Notes: generated by a model from the letters alone, not told the origin. A DNA stretch of 64,000 bases from an uncultured Candidatus Rokubacteria bacterium (GCA_963805625.1 CAWDVE010000021.1:338024-402023); one strand, 5' to 3'; shown: positions 9,565 through 21,124, counted from the stretch's first letter. Program-made: numbers and translations.

Positions 9565-9755
9565 CGAGGCGGTCGCCTGGCGGGTATCGACCGAGACCTC
9601 CTGGCGACGCCCGGTGCGCAATTCCCACAGATCGGAGACGGCGAGGCCGATTACCGCGAGCGCCGCGGCACTGGTCTCGCCGATGCGGAACGGCGTCGGC
9701 GTCGGCAATATTGGATCGGTGCCACCAGTGATCCCGACCGTGCGGGCGCGGGCGG
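9565..9755 (-). pseudogene. N-terminal remnant of CaiB/BaiF family III CoA-transferase
   Basis: ITGGTDPILPTPTPFRIGETSAAALAVIGLAVSDLWELRTGRRQEVSVDTRQATASL, then similarity ends abruptly. Confidence 0.6.
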
Positions 9756-9987
9756 GGGAGGGGCTCCTCGAGGATCCGCACGACGTTGCCGCTCAGAACG
9801 GTCATCCCGCCTGCCATGAGCCTCTCGAAGCTCCGCACGTGGCGGAGGCGTGATGTCCAGCCGAGCGCATCGAGGGGGCAGCCGCACGCACGCTCGTCCA
9901 GCCGGAGGTCGCGGAAGAGCCGCGCGGGTACGCCGGTCGCCCGGGGTGGGCCCGCTGCTGGAGGCCTGATCGATGGACGTGCCACCC

Positions 9988-10902
9988 TCAGGGTGTTTTC
10001 GCGGTCTCCGGAGGACTAGCGGCGCGAAGCGTGAATGATTCCATCGACACCGTGATCTCTCCCGTCGCCGCATTGTGACGGAGGCAGGAGGCAGTCGGAT
10101 AGAATCCGCTGATCGCCACTGCCTTCGGTGACTTTATGGGGAAACACGACTGGGGCTTGCTCAGCAAGACCGCCCGACTCACCATCTCCTCGTAGAAGAT
10201 AACCCTGCCCCCGTAGACCCCGAAGATCCAGCTTCGTGTGAAGGGCTGCTTGTTGAACTCCGGACCGGTGACATCGATGAGATGGTTGCCCATCGCGGGG
10301 ACGACGGCGTCGACATCGCGAAAGTCGGGAGGCAGGTAGTTCGAGGGCACCGGCTGTTTCGCGACCTCGAACTGGTCGCAGCGGACGAATTCCGGCCCGC
10401 AAGGGCCCGACTCGAGCGCGAAGACGTTGGCGATCGGCTCGATGTAGAAGTGAACGTCGAAGTGCGGGACGTCATAGATACCGGGCGGAATATGCCCCGC
10501 CGGATTCCAGTTCAAGAGCACCCACTTGAACGGGACGTCCCCTCGCCTGGCCACCGCGTCCGGCAGGGGGATGACGTGTTCGTAGGTGGCGATGCACTCG
10601 GTCGCGTGATCGACCGTCCCGTCCTTGTTGCGGTCGAAGCAGTGATGGAGGTCCGAGCCGTCCGTGGGCAACCCGTCCAATGCGGCGGGCCCGAACACCA
10701 CGCCGATCGCCGTGGGCTCACCCTGGCGATTCAGCTCGGCATAGCTCGTCACGGTCCCCTTGCCGAGCTCCATCTGCCCTCCCAAGTGGCGGGCTGCAGG
10801 CGCGTCAGAGCCCCGGCCGAGGAGCGCGCACCCGATCAGGATCATCGTGACCAGTGGGACAACTGACAGAGACGTCCACCGTGCCATGCGGTCCTCCTCC
10901 AT
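9988..10902 (-). CDS. DUF5602-like lipoprotein
   Basis: Lipobox-like LIGC; WNPAGH, YDVPHFDVHFY, VPAMGNH, FYEEMVS motifs. Confidence 0.65.
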   Translation of the reverse strand: MEEDRMARWTSLSVVPLVTMILIGCALLGRGSDAPAARHLGGQMELGKGTVTSYAELNRQGEPTAIGVVFGPAALDGLPTDGSDLHHCFDRNKDGTVDHATECIATYEHVIPLPDAVARRGDVPFKWVLLNWNPAGHIPPGIYDVPHFDVHFYIEPIANVFALESGPCGPEFVRCDQFEVAKQPVPSNYLPPDFRDVDAVVPAMGNHLIDVTGPEFNKQPFTRSWIFGVYGGRVIFYEEMVSRAVLLSKPQSCFPIKSPKAVAISGFYPTASCLRHNAATGEITVSMESFTLRAASPPETAKTP

Positions 10903-11009
10903 GTGTCAGGCGAATCGGGGCCAAGGCGCCCCGGAGGCTATCGATAAGAACGAGATAGCAGGCTCCTGAGACTAGTGTCGAGGCTCGACCCGGTTCAGGG
11001 TGATGTTCC

Positions 11010-11085
11010 TAGGCGCGGCCCCAGTGCCGCCTCCGCCTTCTTCAGCCAGAAGGTCATGCCCATCCCGCGGTACGTCGCCGTTATC
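11010..11085 (-). pseudogene. C-terminal scrap of an adenylate cyclase/AAA-TPR type protein
   Basis: ITATYRGMGMTFWLKKAEAAL resembles the 'YREMGMTFWLEQAEAEL' C-terminus of such proteins. Confidence 0.4.
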
Positions 11086-11791
11086 GATGGCCGCGATTCA
11101 TTCCGTCTCCTGCGTGCCGACGGCCTTGTGGATGATATGTCTTGTTCCCAGAGCCCGTGATCCGCCGAGGATTCGCGAGCGCCTTCACCAGGGTGTCCGA
11201 CAGCCAGGCTTGGTACTGGTCCGGCATCCAGCCGCCCTCGCGCACTAGCATCCGATAGACGTCGCGGCTCGTATACATCCACAGGAGGCGCCGGGCTTCG
11301 TCGAGTCCGAGGCGTTTTGCCTCCATCCCCTGGGCGAAGAGGAGTCTCACGCGCTCCTCCTGCATCTCGTAGCGCACTTTCTCGAACTCCTGCTCCAGCT
11401 TCCGGAGCGCAGGCGAGAAGGCCGAGGCGCCGCGGATGAGGCCGAGCTCAGCGGCTTCGCTCTCATAGATGGCTCGCGCCACGTGCGCCGACAGCGCGAC
11501 GAGCCGGACCGGGTCGGTCACTCCCTCGAGCTTCTCCCTCGCGGCCCGGAAGCGCCGGCCGAAGAGAGACGACCGCATCAGCGCGCGCAGGACGCCCTCC
11601 TTGGACTTGTAGAGGGCATAGACCGTGGACCCCGAGACCTCCGCCTTGTCCGCGATCTGCGCGATCGTGACCCGGTCGATGCCATGACGCACGAAGAGCG
11701 CCTTGGCGGCCTTGAGCACCCGATCCTTGGTGGCGTCGGCTGCCCGGCTTCGCCGCTTCGAGACGTATGCTCGCTTGGATCCTCTTGACAT
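11081..11791 (-). CDS. TetR/AcrR family regulator (C-terminus probably extended by loss of the native stop)
   Basis: VLKAAKALFVRHGIDRVTIAQIADKAEVSGSTVYALYKSKEG HTH. Confidence 0.88.
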   Translation of the reverse strand: MSRGSKRAYVSKRRSRAADATKDRVLKAAKALFVRHGIDRVTIAQIADKAEVSGSTVYALYKSKEGVLRALMRSSLFGRRFRAAREKLEGVTDPVRLVALSAHVARAIYESEAAELGLIRGASAFSPALRKLEQEFEKVRYEMQEERVRLLFAQGMEAKRLGLDEARRLLWMYTSRDVYRMLVREGGWMPDQYQAWLSDTLVKALANPRRITGSGNKTYHPQGRRHAGDGMNRGHR

Positions 11792-11811
11792 ATTGGATAT
11801 AGTCTACCACA

Positions 11812-11829
11812 TGCAATACAGATACTGCA
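11812..11829. promoter_or_regulatory. Putative TetR operator in divergent tetR/DUF4287 spacer
   Basis: Imperfect palindrome TGCAaTAcagaTAcTGCA in an AT-rich 50-bp spacer. Confidence 0.4.
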
Positions 11830-11842
11830 GGAGGGTCACCGC

Positions 11843-12105
11843 ATGAGCTTCCAAGCGTACCTCGACAGCATTCGGAAGAGGACGGGGAAGACCCCGCACG
11901 ACTTCTTCGCCCTGGCCAAGAAGAAGGGCCTGGTTGGCCCCGACCTCACCGCCGGACGCCTCGTCGCCGGCTCAAGGACGCCTTCGGCCTCGGCCACGGC
12001 CACGCCATGGCGATCTGGGCAGTCTTCAAGTCGGAAGGCTGGGTCGCCCCCTCGGCCAAACGTGCCCGGGCTGCCGGGCTTGCCAGACCCGCGAGGGTGA
12101 GATGA
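11843..12105 (+). pseudogene. DUF4287 protein with 1-nt frameshift near 11968
   Basis: MSFQAYLDSIRKRTGKTP...LVA/(W)LKDAFGLGHGHAMAIW; the repaired frame ends in an ATGA overlap with the next gene. Confidence 0.7.
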
Positions 12106-12782
12106 CCACGGCCGTCTCGTCTCGATCGACGGTGCTCGAGGACCGGACGGGATGGGCGCCACGCTTCGCGGCCGCGGGAGCCATCGCCGTCGCCCTGATC
12201 ATCTTGGCCTTGCACGCGATCAAGCCCGAATTCGAGCCATCCTGGCGTTTCATCAGTGAGTACGCGATCGGCCGCCATGGCTGGACCATGAGACTCGCCT
12301 TCCTGATCTGGGCCGCCGGTTGCGCGGCGCTGGCGCTCGGCCTGCGGCCGGAGATCAGGGGGCGTCGCGGCAGGACTGGCATCGTCATTCTGCGGACGAC
12401 CGCCATCGCCCTCGTTGCCGCCGGCCTGTTCCTCCAAGACCCGGTCACGGCAACGCCGGAGGAAGCCTCGACGAGCGGCATGCTTCACGCAATCGCGTCG
12501 CTGGTCGGCATCCCGGGCATCCCGTTGGCCGCGATGCTTCTCAGCTCCAGCCTGTGGCGATCGAGCCCGAAATGGGCGCGCCATCGCCTTGCCCTCATGG
12601 GACTCGCCCATGCCACCTGGATCAGTCTCGCGCTGATGGCGGTCTATCTCGCGTGGGCCGTGCCGCGGGCCGGAGGCTTCACGCCCGACGTCTGGGCCGG
12701 CTGGATGAACCGGCTCGTGGTAGCCACCTATCTGGCCTGGCAGCTGGGGATCGCCTATCGCCTCATCGCTCGAGATCGGTGA
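12102..12782 (+). CDS. DUF998 membrane protein
   Basis: FISEYAIGRHGW, GLFLQDP, LHAIAS, GWMNRL motifs; several TM segments. Confidence 0.8.
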   Translation: MTTAVSSRSTVLEDRTGWAPRFAAAGAIAVALIILALHAIKPEFEPSWRFISEYAIGRHGWTMRLAFLIWAAGCAALALGLRPEIRGRRGRTGIVILRTTAIALVAAGLFLQDPVTATPEEASTSGMLHAIASLVGIPGIPLAAMLLSSSLWRSSPKWARHRLALMGLAHATWISLALMAVYLAWAVPRAGGFTPDVWAGWMNRLVVATYLAWQLGIAYRLIARDR

Positions 12783-12850
12783 GGCAGCGGGCGGGGCCAT
12801 GATTCCGTTTCTCGTCGGAGTGGAAGCGATGGAATCGTGGCAAGGAGCCA

Positions 12851-13020
12851 CTAGTGTCCGGAGTCCGAGATCCGATGACAAGAGCGAGCGACACTCGCTA
12901 GGATCTCGTCGGGCTCGCTGAGGAATTCGTCGCGTGCTTCCGGGACCAGGCGGCGCGCAAGCCGCAGAGCCCGGCGGCGAAACTCGTCGGCCGAGGCTTC
13001 GCCGCCAGAGTCGCCGTCAA
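12851..13020. mobile_element. IS630-like end / MITE-like remnant
   Basis: CTAGTGTCCGGAGTCCGAGAT (minus strand reads RISDSGH*, a typical IS630 transposase tail in the terminal IR) followed by GC hairpins; no transposase. Confidence 0.35.
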
Positions 13021-13179
13021 CCCACTGGACCGCTGACGATGTTCGGAGACCGCTGGCGCGGCTGCCCATCGGCTGTAGTGTCGCCGCGCCCGGGTGAAGC
13101 GGACTATGGCCGAGCCGACCGATGGTCTATCCAGCGCCAGGTCTCACCGGGCGCGTTCGTTACTTCGTGGGGCGTTCGC

Positions 13180-13869
13180 TCACCGCAAGCCTGGCGTAGC
13201 GGGATGGGGCGGCGGGGAGAGACCTTCCTCCGGCAGGATCACCACATCGTCACCCTCGAGGCGGAGGGCCCCCTCCACGAAGTAGCGCCGCCGCCAGCCG
13301 ACCCGGCGGTAACCGACGACGCCCAGGTGAAACCAACCCACGGCGGCGGCCCACGCGACGCTCGTGCGGTTCCACGACGCGATGAGGCCGACCAGTCGCC
13401 GCGCGCCGTGACCGCGCACGCTGTCGAGCTTGGCTTGCAGGAGCATCGTTCCGGCGCCTGCGCGCCGGTGGCCCGGGAGCGTCCGGGCCTCGATTGTGAT
13501 GACGTCGCCGGGAGCGCCGCGGAATCGGCGCCCGAGATACGGCAGGTACGCCGCTCCGGCCGCGTCCCACCGGTACGCCGCGACCTCTGGTCCGATCCAG
13601 CACACGAGGCACACCTGCTGCTCGCGCCATCGTCGCCGCACCCCCCGTATTGACATCGCCGGGCAGGCTTGCACGAACGCGATCAGGTCCTTCTCCTGCA
13701 GGACGTCGTAGCGCGCCGCCGGAAGCGCCGCGACGTCTAGGCGCGCATCAATCGCACCGGCGACGACGTGGAACTCCCGCGCGAGGAGCCAGCGGGGCGC
13801 CATCCGCAGACTCCGGCGCAGGCCGAGGTCCCGGACAATGTCGCGAGTGTGGGTCAGACCGGCCCGCAA
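13180..13869 (-). CDS. GNAT-fold hypothetical protein
   Basis: TLPGHRRAGAG (motif A-like), WNRTS (motif B-like). Confidence 0.55.
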   Translation of the reverse strand: MRAGLTHTRDIVRDLGLRRSLRMAPRWLLAREFHVVAGAIDARLDVAALPAARYDVLQEKDLIAFVQACPAMSIRGVRRRWREQQVCLVCWIGPEVAAYRWDAAGAAYLPYLGRRFRGAPGDVITIEARTLPGHRRAGAGTMLLQAKLDSVRGHGARRLVGLIASWNRTSVAWAAAVGWFHLGVVGYRRVGWRRRYFVEGALRLEGDDVVILPEEGLSPPPHPATPGLR

Positions 13870-14040
13870 GAACAGTCCCGCCAGCTACGGATCTGGACGG
13901 CCACGCCTCGCCGCAGACGCTCTACCCGGACACAGACCGACTTCAACGAGCTTGCCCTCGTCGCAAGGCCTTGCTCCTGCGAGTCTGCTGCGCCGGGGCG
14001 GTTGGCGCCGACATGTGCCAGCATGTGAACGACTCGGCGC

Positions 14041-14205
14041 TCAGCGGAGATCGGCGATGAACCCGAGCAGCAGGCGGTTGACCTCGTCGGGCCGCTCCTG
14101 CTGGGTCCAGTGGGAGCAGCGCCGGATGTTCTCGATGCGGAGACCGGGGATCCACTTCGGCATCGACTCGGCCAGGGCCGGCCGGAGGATGGGATCGTTC
14201 TCCGC
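14041..14205 (-). pseudogene. C-terminal remnant of an alpha/beta hydrolase (epoxide hydrolase-like)
   Basis: AENDPIL...CSHWTQQERPDEVNRLLLGF; N-terminal part absent. Confidence 0.7.
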
Positions 14206-14209
14206 GCTC

Positions 14210-14510
14210 CGCGCCATGGCCGCTCCCAACGAGCGCCAGGTACGCGCCGAAGTAGGCAAGCTTGCCCGTCCCGCCCGCGAGGAGGACGGGCCCCCGCGCC
14301 GCCGGGCGGCCAGGATGTACCCGAGCCCCCAGGCGATGAGTTGATCCAGATGGCGCGAAAGAAGAACGCCTGGAGCGGGGCGGCGAGGGACAGGGCGGCG
14401 CCGTAGAGCTGGGCGAAGTGGCGCGGGGTCGGCGAACGCGCTCGCCCCGCCGACAACGTTCCAGGCGCCCGCGACGTACAGTACTCGCCGCCGCCACGTC
14501 TCACAGTCAT
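14210..14510 (-). pseudogene. Multiply frameshifted small membrane protein
   Basis: Hydrophobic pieces in different frames (AFFFRAIWIN / LIAWGLGYILAAR / PVLLAGGTGKLAYF). Confidence 0.35.
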
Positions 14511-14529
14511 GTCCCCATGCCCCCGCGCG

Positions 14530-14988
14530 TCATGGGTCGAGGTACACGATCTCGCCCCGCACGCCCGAGCCGCGGATGGTCAGGAACCCCATCGCAATCG
14601 GCAGCGTGAAGCGCCGGGGGCCAATGCTGCCGGGATTCATGAACAGGATGCCTCCCTGCTTCACGAGCGACGGCTTGTGGGAGTGCCCGGCGATGACGGC
14701 GTCGATGGCCGCCGCCTGCGGGTCGACCGCGAGGGACTTGACGTCGTGGAGGATGTGGAGCCGGACCTTCCCGGCCACCAAGACCGCCGTCTCGGGCAGC
14801 GCGAGCGCCCACGGACCCCGGTCGTTGTTCCCGCGCACGGCCGTGACGGGCGCCACCGCCGCGAGGGCGCGGAGTACGTCCGGACTGCCGATGTCGCCCG
14901 CGTGCACGATCCGATCGACGCCGCGAAGTCGCCGGAGGGCCTCGGGACGGAGGAGCCCATGCGTGTCGGCGACGACCCCGATCCGCAT
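14530..14988 (-). CDS. YfcE-type metallophosphoesterase
   Basis: DTH, HAGD, VRGNND, GHSH, NPGS motifs. Confidence 0.9.
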   Translation of the reverse strand: MRIGVVADTHGLLRPEALRRLRGVDRIVHAGDIGSPDVLRALAAVAPVTAVRGNNDRGPWALALPETAVLVAGKVRLHILHDVKSLAVDPQAAAIDAVIAGHSHKPSLVKQGGILFMNPGSIGPRRFTLPIAMGFLTIRGSGVRGEIVYLDP

Positions 14989-15033
14989 CTGGGTTGGCAT
15001 CGACCGAGCCTGAGCCCGGGCCAACGCCGCCGC

Positions 15034-15385
15034 TCAGCGGTCCGGGGCGAGGTCGGCTTCGAGGGCGCGGCGCTGCTCGGGCGTCAAGGCCGTCTCGGCG
15101 GCGATCGCCGGGAGGTCGATCCCGAGCGCGACGGGGACGCGGCTCCCGACGGCGAACTTCAGGTACTGCACCGAGGAGACTCGCTCCGTCCCGACTTGCG
15201 GGGGTCGAACGTGGGCCGGACGCGCGTGCCGTCCTCGAGGCGAGCGTAGACGTGGTGCGGGAGATCCAGCCACTCGCGGAGCTTCATGGCCCGCACCGCC
15301 GGGTCGTCGATCTCGATGAGGAGGGTGGCGCCGAGCTCGCCCGGGCCGCCCAGGAGCTCGTTGTGCGTCTCAACCTCGTGGAGGT
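15034..15385 (-). pseudogene. 5'-truncated, frameshifted DUF3501 protein
   Basis: HEVETHNELLGGPGELGATLLIEIDD...PTFDP / QVGTERVSSVQYLKF...LTPEQRRALEADL; frameshift near 15200. Confidence 0.7.
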
Positions 15386-15468
15386 CTCAGCCTCGACGTG
15401 GTCCGGGATGACCCGATGCCACATCGAGGCTGTTCGGTTACGAGACCCCTAGGGCCTATCCTCCGGGA

Positions 15469-17634
<2,166 letters not shown>

Positions 17635-18207
17635 CTATTCTCTCCTTTCGTCCTGCACCCGCCTGGGTGCGACTCCTTCTCCTGAGGGGCCCGGGCGGGG
17701 CCGCGTGGCGTGGGTTCGGGTCCATTCCGAGGCGGGGCGCGCGGCCGGCGGACACGTCTCGCACCGGCCGACGATGCGAACATCGACGTCCTCGACGACG
17801 AAGCGCGGCCGTACCTGGGCGGCCACGCGACCGACCTCCACCGTGGGCGCGTGGACGTCGGTCATGCGGCCGCAGACGCGGCAGATCAGGTGCTGGTGGG
17901 GCGTCAGGTTCGCGTCGAACCGCCCCGCACCCCCTGTGGTGCTCACTCGTCGGAGCAGGCCGTCCTGGACGAGCGACTCGAGGACGCGGTACACGGTGCC
18001 CGGCGAGAGCGACGGCATCGCCCCCCGGAGCCGCCGGTAGATCGCGTCCGCTGTCGGATGGCTCGGGTCCTCGGCCAGCGCCCGGTAGACGGCCAGCCGC
18101 TGGGCCGTGACCCGCACCCCCTGCTCCCGGCACCGGCGCGCGAACGAGAGAGACAGCGGGTCGGCGCCGGACGCCGAGACTGATTCTCTCCTGCGAGTGG
18201 TTCTCAT
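17635..18207 (-). CDS. Fur/PerR family regulator
   Basis: [33 protein letters not shown]...CETC; stop abuts the katG ATG. Confidence 0.9.
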   Translation of the reverse strand: MRTTRRRESVSASGADPLSLSFARRCREQGVRVTAQRLAVYRALAEDPSHPTADAIYRRLRGAMPSLSPGTVYRVLESLVQDGLLRRVSTTGGAGRFDANLTPHQHLICRVCGRMTDVHAPTVEVGRVAAQVRPRFVVEDVDVRIVGRCETCPPAARPASEWTRTHATRPRPGPSGEGVAPRRVQDERRE

Positions 18208-18245
18208 CTGTGAGTCATTCTCACCGAGACCGGGCGGGCTGTCAA
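18192..18245 (-). promoter_or_regulatory. Sigma-70 promoter overlapped by tandem Fur/Per-box-like sites
   Basis: TTGACA(18245-18240)-17-GAGAAT(18222-18217); TGAGAAT-G-ACTCACA and TGAGAAC-C-ACTCGCA 7-1-7-like boxes. Confidence 0.55.
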
Positions 18246-18308
18246 GCAAGGGGCCGCCGGCGCCCACCCGGGCGCTCCCGGCGAGCGCCCAGGTGAGAGG
18301 CGCGGGAG

Positions 18309-18824
18309 CTAGCCGCGGCGGGCGGCCGCCAGGGCGGCGTCGTAGTCCGGGTGCTCGGTCACCTCCGGCACGTACTGGACGTGCTTCAGGTGCCCGTCCC
18401 CGCCCACGACGAAGAGTGCCCGCGCCTCGAGCCGAAGCGGCTCGATCAGCGTGCCGTAGGCGCGGCCGAAGCCGGCGTCGCGGTGATCGGAGGCGGCCTG
18501 AACCCGGTCGATGCCCTTGTCGCCACAGAAGCGCGCCTGGGCGAACGGCAGATCCATGCTCACCGTGAGGACAGCCACGTTTGCCGGCAGCCGGGCGGCC
18601 TCCTCGTTGAAGCGCTTCGTCTGCGCCTCGCACACCGGTGTGTCGAGCGACGGCACCACGCTCAGCACGAGCGTCTTGCCGGCGAAATCGCGCAGACTGA
18701 CGTCACGGAGGCCCTCGGGCCCGCGCTGGTGCAGCTTGAAGTCGGGGGCGCGGTCGCCGGCCCGGAGCTCCGGGCCCAAGACGGGCAGCGGGTTGCCACG
18801 CATCTTCACCGTTCGTGCGGACAT
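18309..18824 (-). CDS. tpx: Thiol peroxidase
   Basis: VVPSLDTPVC, SMDLPFAQARFC, EVTEHPDYD. Confidence 0.95.
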   Translation of the reverse strand: MSARTVKMRGNPLPVLGPELRAGDRAPDFKLHQRGPEGLRDVSLRDFAGKTLVLSVVPSLDTPVCEAQTKRFNEEAARLPANVAVLTVSMDLPFAQARFCGDKGIDRVQAASDHRDAGFGRAYGTLIEPLRLEARALFVVGGDGHLKHVQYVPEVTEHPDYDAALAAARRG

Positions 18825-18931
18825 GGGCGTCTCCTCCCTGAGGGGAACCATGGGGATCGGACCGCAGGCCGGCACCGACGGTGCCGCGCGATGCGATCCA
18901 GATTCATCCTACCACCCGCAGCCGGTAGGGG

Positions 18932-19234
18932 TCAGGCGGGTTCAGTCCGGCGGGGCCCCTGGAGATAGCGGTCGCGGAGGGCGTCAAATCCGGTCTCGAG
19001 CGCGCGCGCCCGGGCCTCGGCCACGGAAGTGGCCGCGCCGGCGGCGTCCTCCGGGGGCCCCACGTGCCACTCGGCGAGGTACGCGTCCTCGCCCCCCAGC
19101 CCGTCCTGCATGGCGATCCGGTCGACGAGGTCCTGGAATGCCGGCCCGAGCGGCACGCTGACCTCGTCGCCGCCGTCCCGGGCCGTCACCAGCATCGGGA
19201 TGTCGCGCCAGTAGGTGATCCGGACCGTTGTCAT
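18932..19234 (-). CDS. 'Virulence factor' family small protein
   Basis: ITYWRDIP...FQDLVDRIAM...YLAEW motif pattern. Confidence 0.7.
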   Translation of the reverse strand: MTTVRITYWRDIPMLVTARDGGDEVSVPLGPAFQDLVDRIAMQDGLGGEDAYLAEWHVGPPEDAAGAATSVAEARARALETGFDALRDRYLQGPRRTEPA

Positions 19235-19281
19235 GGCTCCTCGCTCGGCGTCTGGCCCGGGCCCTAGCGACGGCTCCGGCG

Positions 19282-19310
19282 TTGACACCCGGTAACCGTC
19301 CAGCTAGAGT
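19282..19310 (+). promoter_or_regulatory. Sigma-70 promoter of the DGQHR gene
   Basis: TTGACA-17 nt-TAGAGT, ATG 11 nt downstream. Confidence 0.65.
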
Positions 19311-19321
19311 CGGGCTCGTCG

Positions 19322-20449
19322 ATGATCAGCGTCGCCGCCCACCGCATCAAGCAGTACGGCATCGAATTCTACCAGGCCTCCTTCTCGGCCCGCGAGATCG
19401 ACCGACTCGTCAAGTTCGAGGTCCTGGGCTACAGCGGGCTCCCCGAGGACAAGTCCAAGCGCCGCGTTGCCCGGACGCGGGTAAACTGGGAGATCCTCGA
19501 GAGCCGGATCGGTGAGACCTCGGATGCCTACCAGCGCCCCGTGATCCGCCGCAAGATCGAGGAGCTGGTCGCCTACTTCCGGGACTGCCGGGAGGCCGGG
19601 AAGCTCCCCGCCATCCCCGGCGCCGTCATCATCACTTCCGACAAGCGCCTCAGTTTTCGGCCCGTGCCCCACCACCCGGACCTCGGCTTTCTCGAGATCC
19701 CCGAGGAGGCGGGCGTGCTCCGCGTCCTGGACGGCCAGCACCGGCTGCTCGCCCTCCACGCGCTCGCGGCCGAGGGCGACCTCCGGGGGCTCGACGTGCC
19801 TGCCGTCCTCTTCGACACGCTCGACGCCCAGCAGATCGTGGAGCTATTCGTCACGATCAACGCCAAGCACACGCGGCTCAACCCGTCGCACCTCGTGAGC
19901 CTGGCCGGGCGGAAGCTCTATCCGGACGAGACCCAGGCGCTCGCGCACGACATCATCCGGGGGCTCAACGAGGACGAGACCTCTCCCCTCCAGGGCGAGA
20001 TCAAGATGCTCGGGATCGGCCGCGGCCGCGTCGCGCAGGCGCCGCTCGCCGAGGAGATCGTGGACCTGGTCGAGAGCGTCGAGAAGATGGGCGGGCGCGG
20101 CCGGGCGAAGGAGCTCCGCGAGGCGGGGCGTCGCTTCTTCCTGAACTACGTGAAGGCGCTCGCCCAAACCTTCCCGCACGCGTGGGCCGGCCGCAAGTAC
20201 TCGATCAAGACCGGGACGGCGCTCCGCGCCTTCATCCGCGTCGTCCCGGACGTGATGGCGCAGGCGCGCGAGCTCCGGGGCGACCCGTACGAGCTGCGCG
20301 CCATCCGGGAGGCCCTCCGCCCCTGGGCCGAGCGGCTCGGCGACCGGCGCTTTCTGACCGAGGGCGAGTGGCGACAGAAGCTCGCCGGCGGCACGCGAGG
20401 GACCGTCGAGACCCTCGCCCGCGAGCTCCGCGACGCCCTCCGGGTCTAG
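19322..20449 (+). CDS. DGQHR domain protein (DndB-like, ParB/Srx-like fold)
   Basis: YQRP...IPGAVII...VLDGQHRL...LFVTINAKHTRL. Confidence 0.85.
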   Translation: MISVAAHRIKQYGIEFYQASFSAREIDRLVKFEVLGYSGLPEDKSKRRVARTRVNWEILESRIGETSDAYQRPVIRRKIEELVAYFRDCREAGKLPAIPGAVIITSDKRLSFRPVPHHPDLGFLEIPEEAGVLRVLDGQHRLLALHALAAEGDLRGLDVPAVLFDTLDAQQIVELFVTINAKHTRLNPSHLVSLAGRKLYPDETQALAHDIIRGLNEDETSPLQGEIKMLGIGRGRVAQAPLAEEIVDLVESVEKMGGRGRAKELREAGRRFFLNYVKALAQTFPHAWAGRKYSIKTGTALRAFIRVVPDVMAQARELRGDPYELRAIREALRPWAERLGDRRFLTEGEWRQKLAGGTRGTVETLARELRDALRV

Positions 20450-20539
20450 TCCCGCTCCCGCTTCCTCGGACGACGCAGGCGCCGCATCGGGCGGAGCGTC
20501 AGCCCGCGCCGCGCGGCCCGGCCTCGTGGCGCGCGCCCG

Positions 20540-21031
20540 CTAGCTGCCCGCGCCGGCGGCCGGCCAGGGGAAGTTCGCCGCCACGATCTCGAGCTCGCGC
20601 GCCCCGCCGGGCGCCTGCACCTTCACCTCGTCGCCCACCTCTTTGCCGATCAGCGTCCGGGCGATGGGCGAGAGGATCGAGATGCGCCCGAGCGCGGGGT
20701 CGGCCTCGTCGGAGCCGACGATCTGGTAGCGCATCTCCTTGCCGTCGGGGGCGCGCAGCCTGACCGTCGACCCGAAGGTGATGCGCGTGCCGTCCTTCGG
20801 CGGCTCGATGACCTCGGCCCCGCTCAGCTTGGCCTCGAGCTCCCGGATCCGCCCCTCGATGAATCCCTGCCGCTCCTTGGCGGCATGATACTCGGCGTTC
20901 TCGGAGAGGTCGCCGTGCGCCCGCGCCTCGGCGATGGCCTTGATGATGCTGTGGCGCTCGACGCGCTTGAGCTGGTCGAGCTCCTGCTGGAGGCGGGTGT
21001 GCCCTGCTCGGGTCATCGGGGTCCGTGGCAT
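20540..21031 (-). CDS. greA: Transcription elongation factor GreA
   Basis: ARAHGDLSENAEYHAAKE; ISILSPIARTLIGK. Confidence 0.97.
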   Translation of the reverse strand: MPRTPMTRAGHTRLQQELDQLKRVERHSIIKAIAEARAHGDLSENAEYHAAKERQGFIEGRIRELEAKLSGAEVIEPPKDGTRITFGSTVRLRAPDGKEMRYQIVGSDEADPALGRISILSPIARTLIGKEVGDEVKVQAPGGARELEIVAANFPWPAAGAGS

Positions 21032-21088
21032 GGGTCGTTCCCTCGCGCGCGGAGCGTCGGCAGCGCCGGCGGGCGCCGCCCGAGCGGC

Positions 21089-21114
21089 CATTGTACTACC
21101 CCCCTGGTACAATG
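21089..21114. promoter_or_regulatory. Inverted repeat forming back-to-back -10 boxes (greA / RND adaptor)
   Basis: CATTGTAC-N10-GTACAATG gives TACAAT on both strands. Confidence 0.5.
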
Positions 21115-21124
21115 AACGCCTCCC

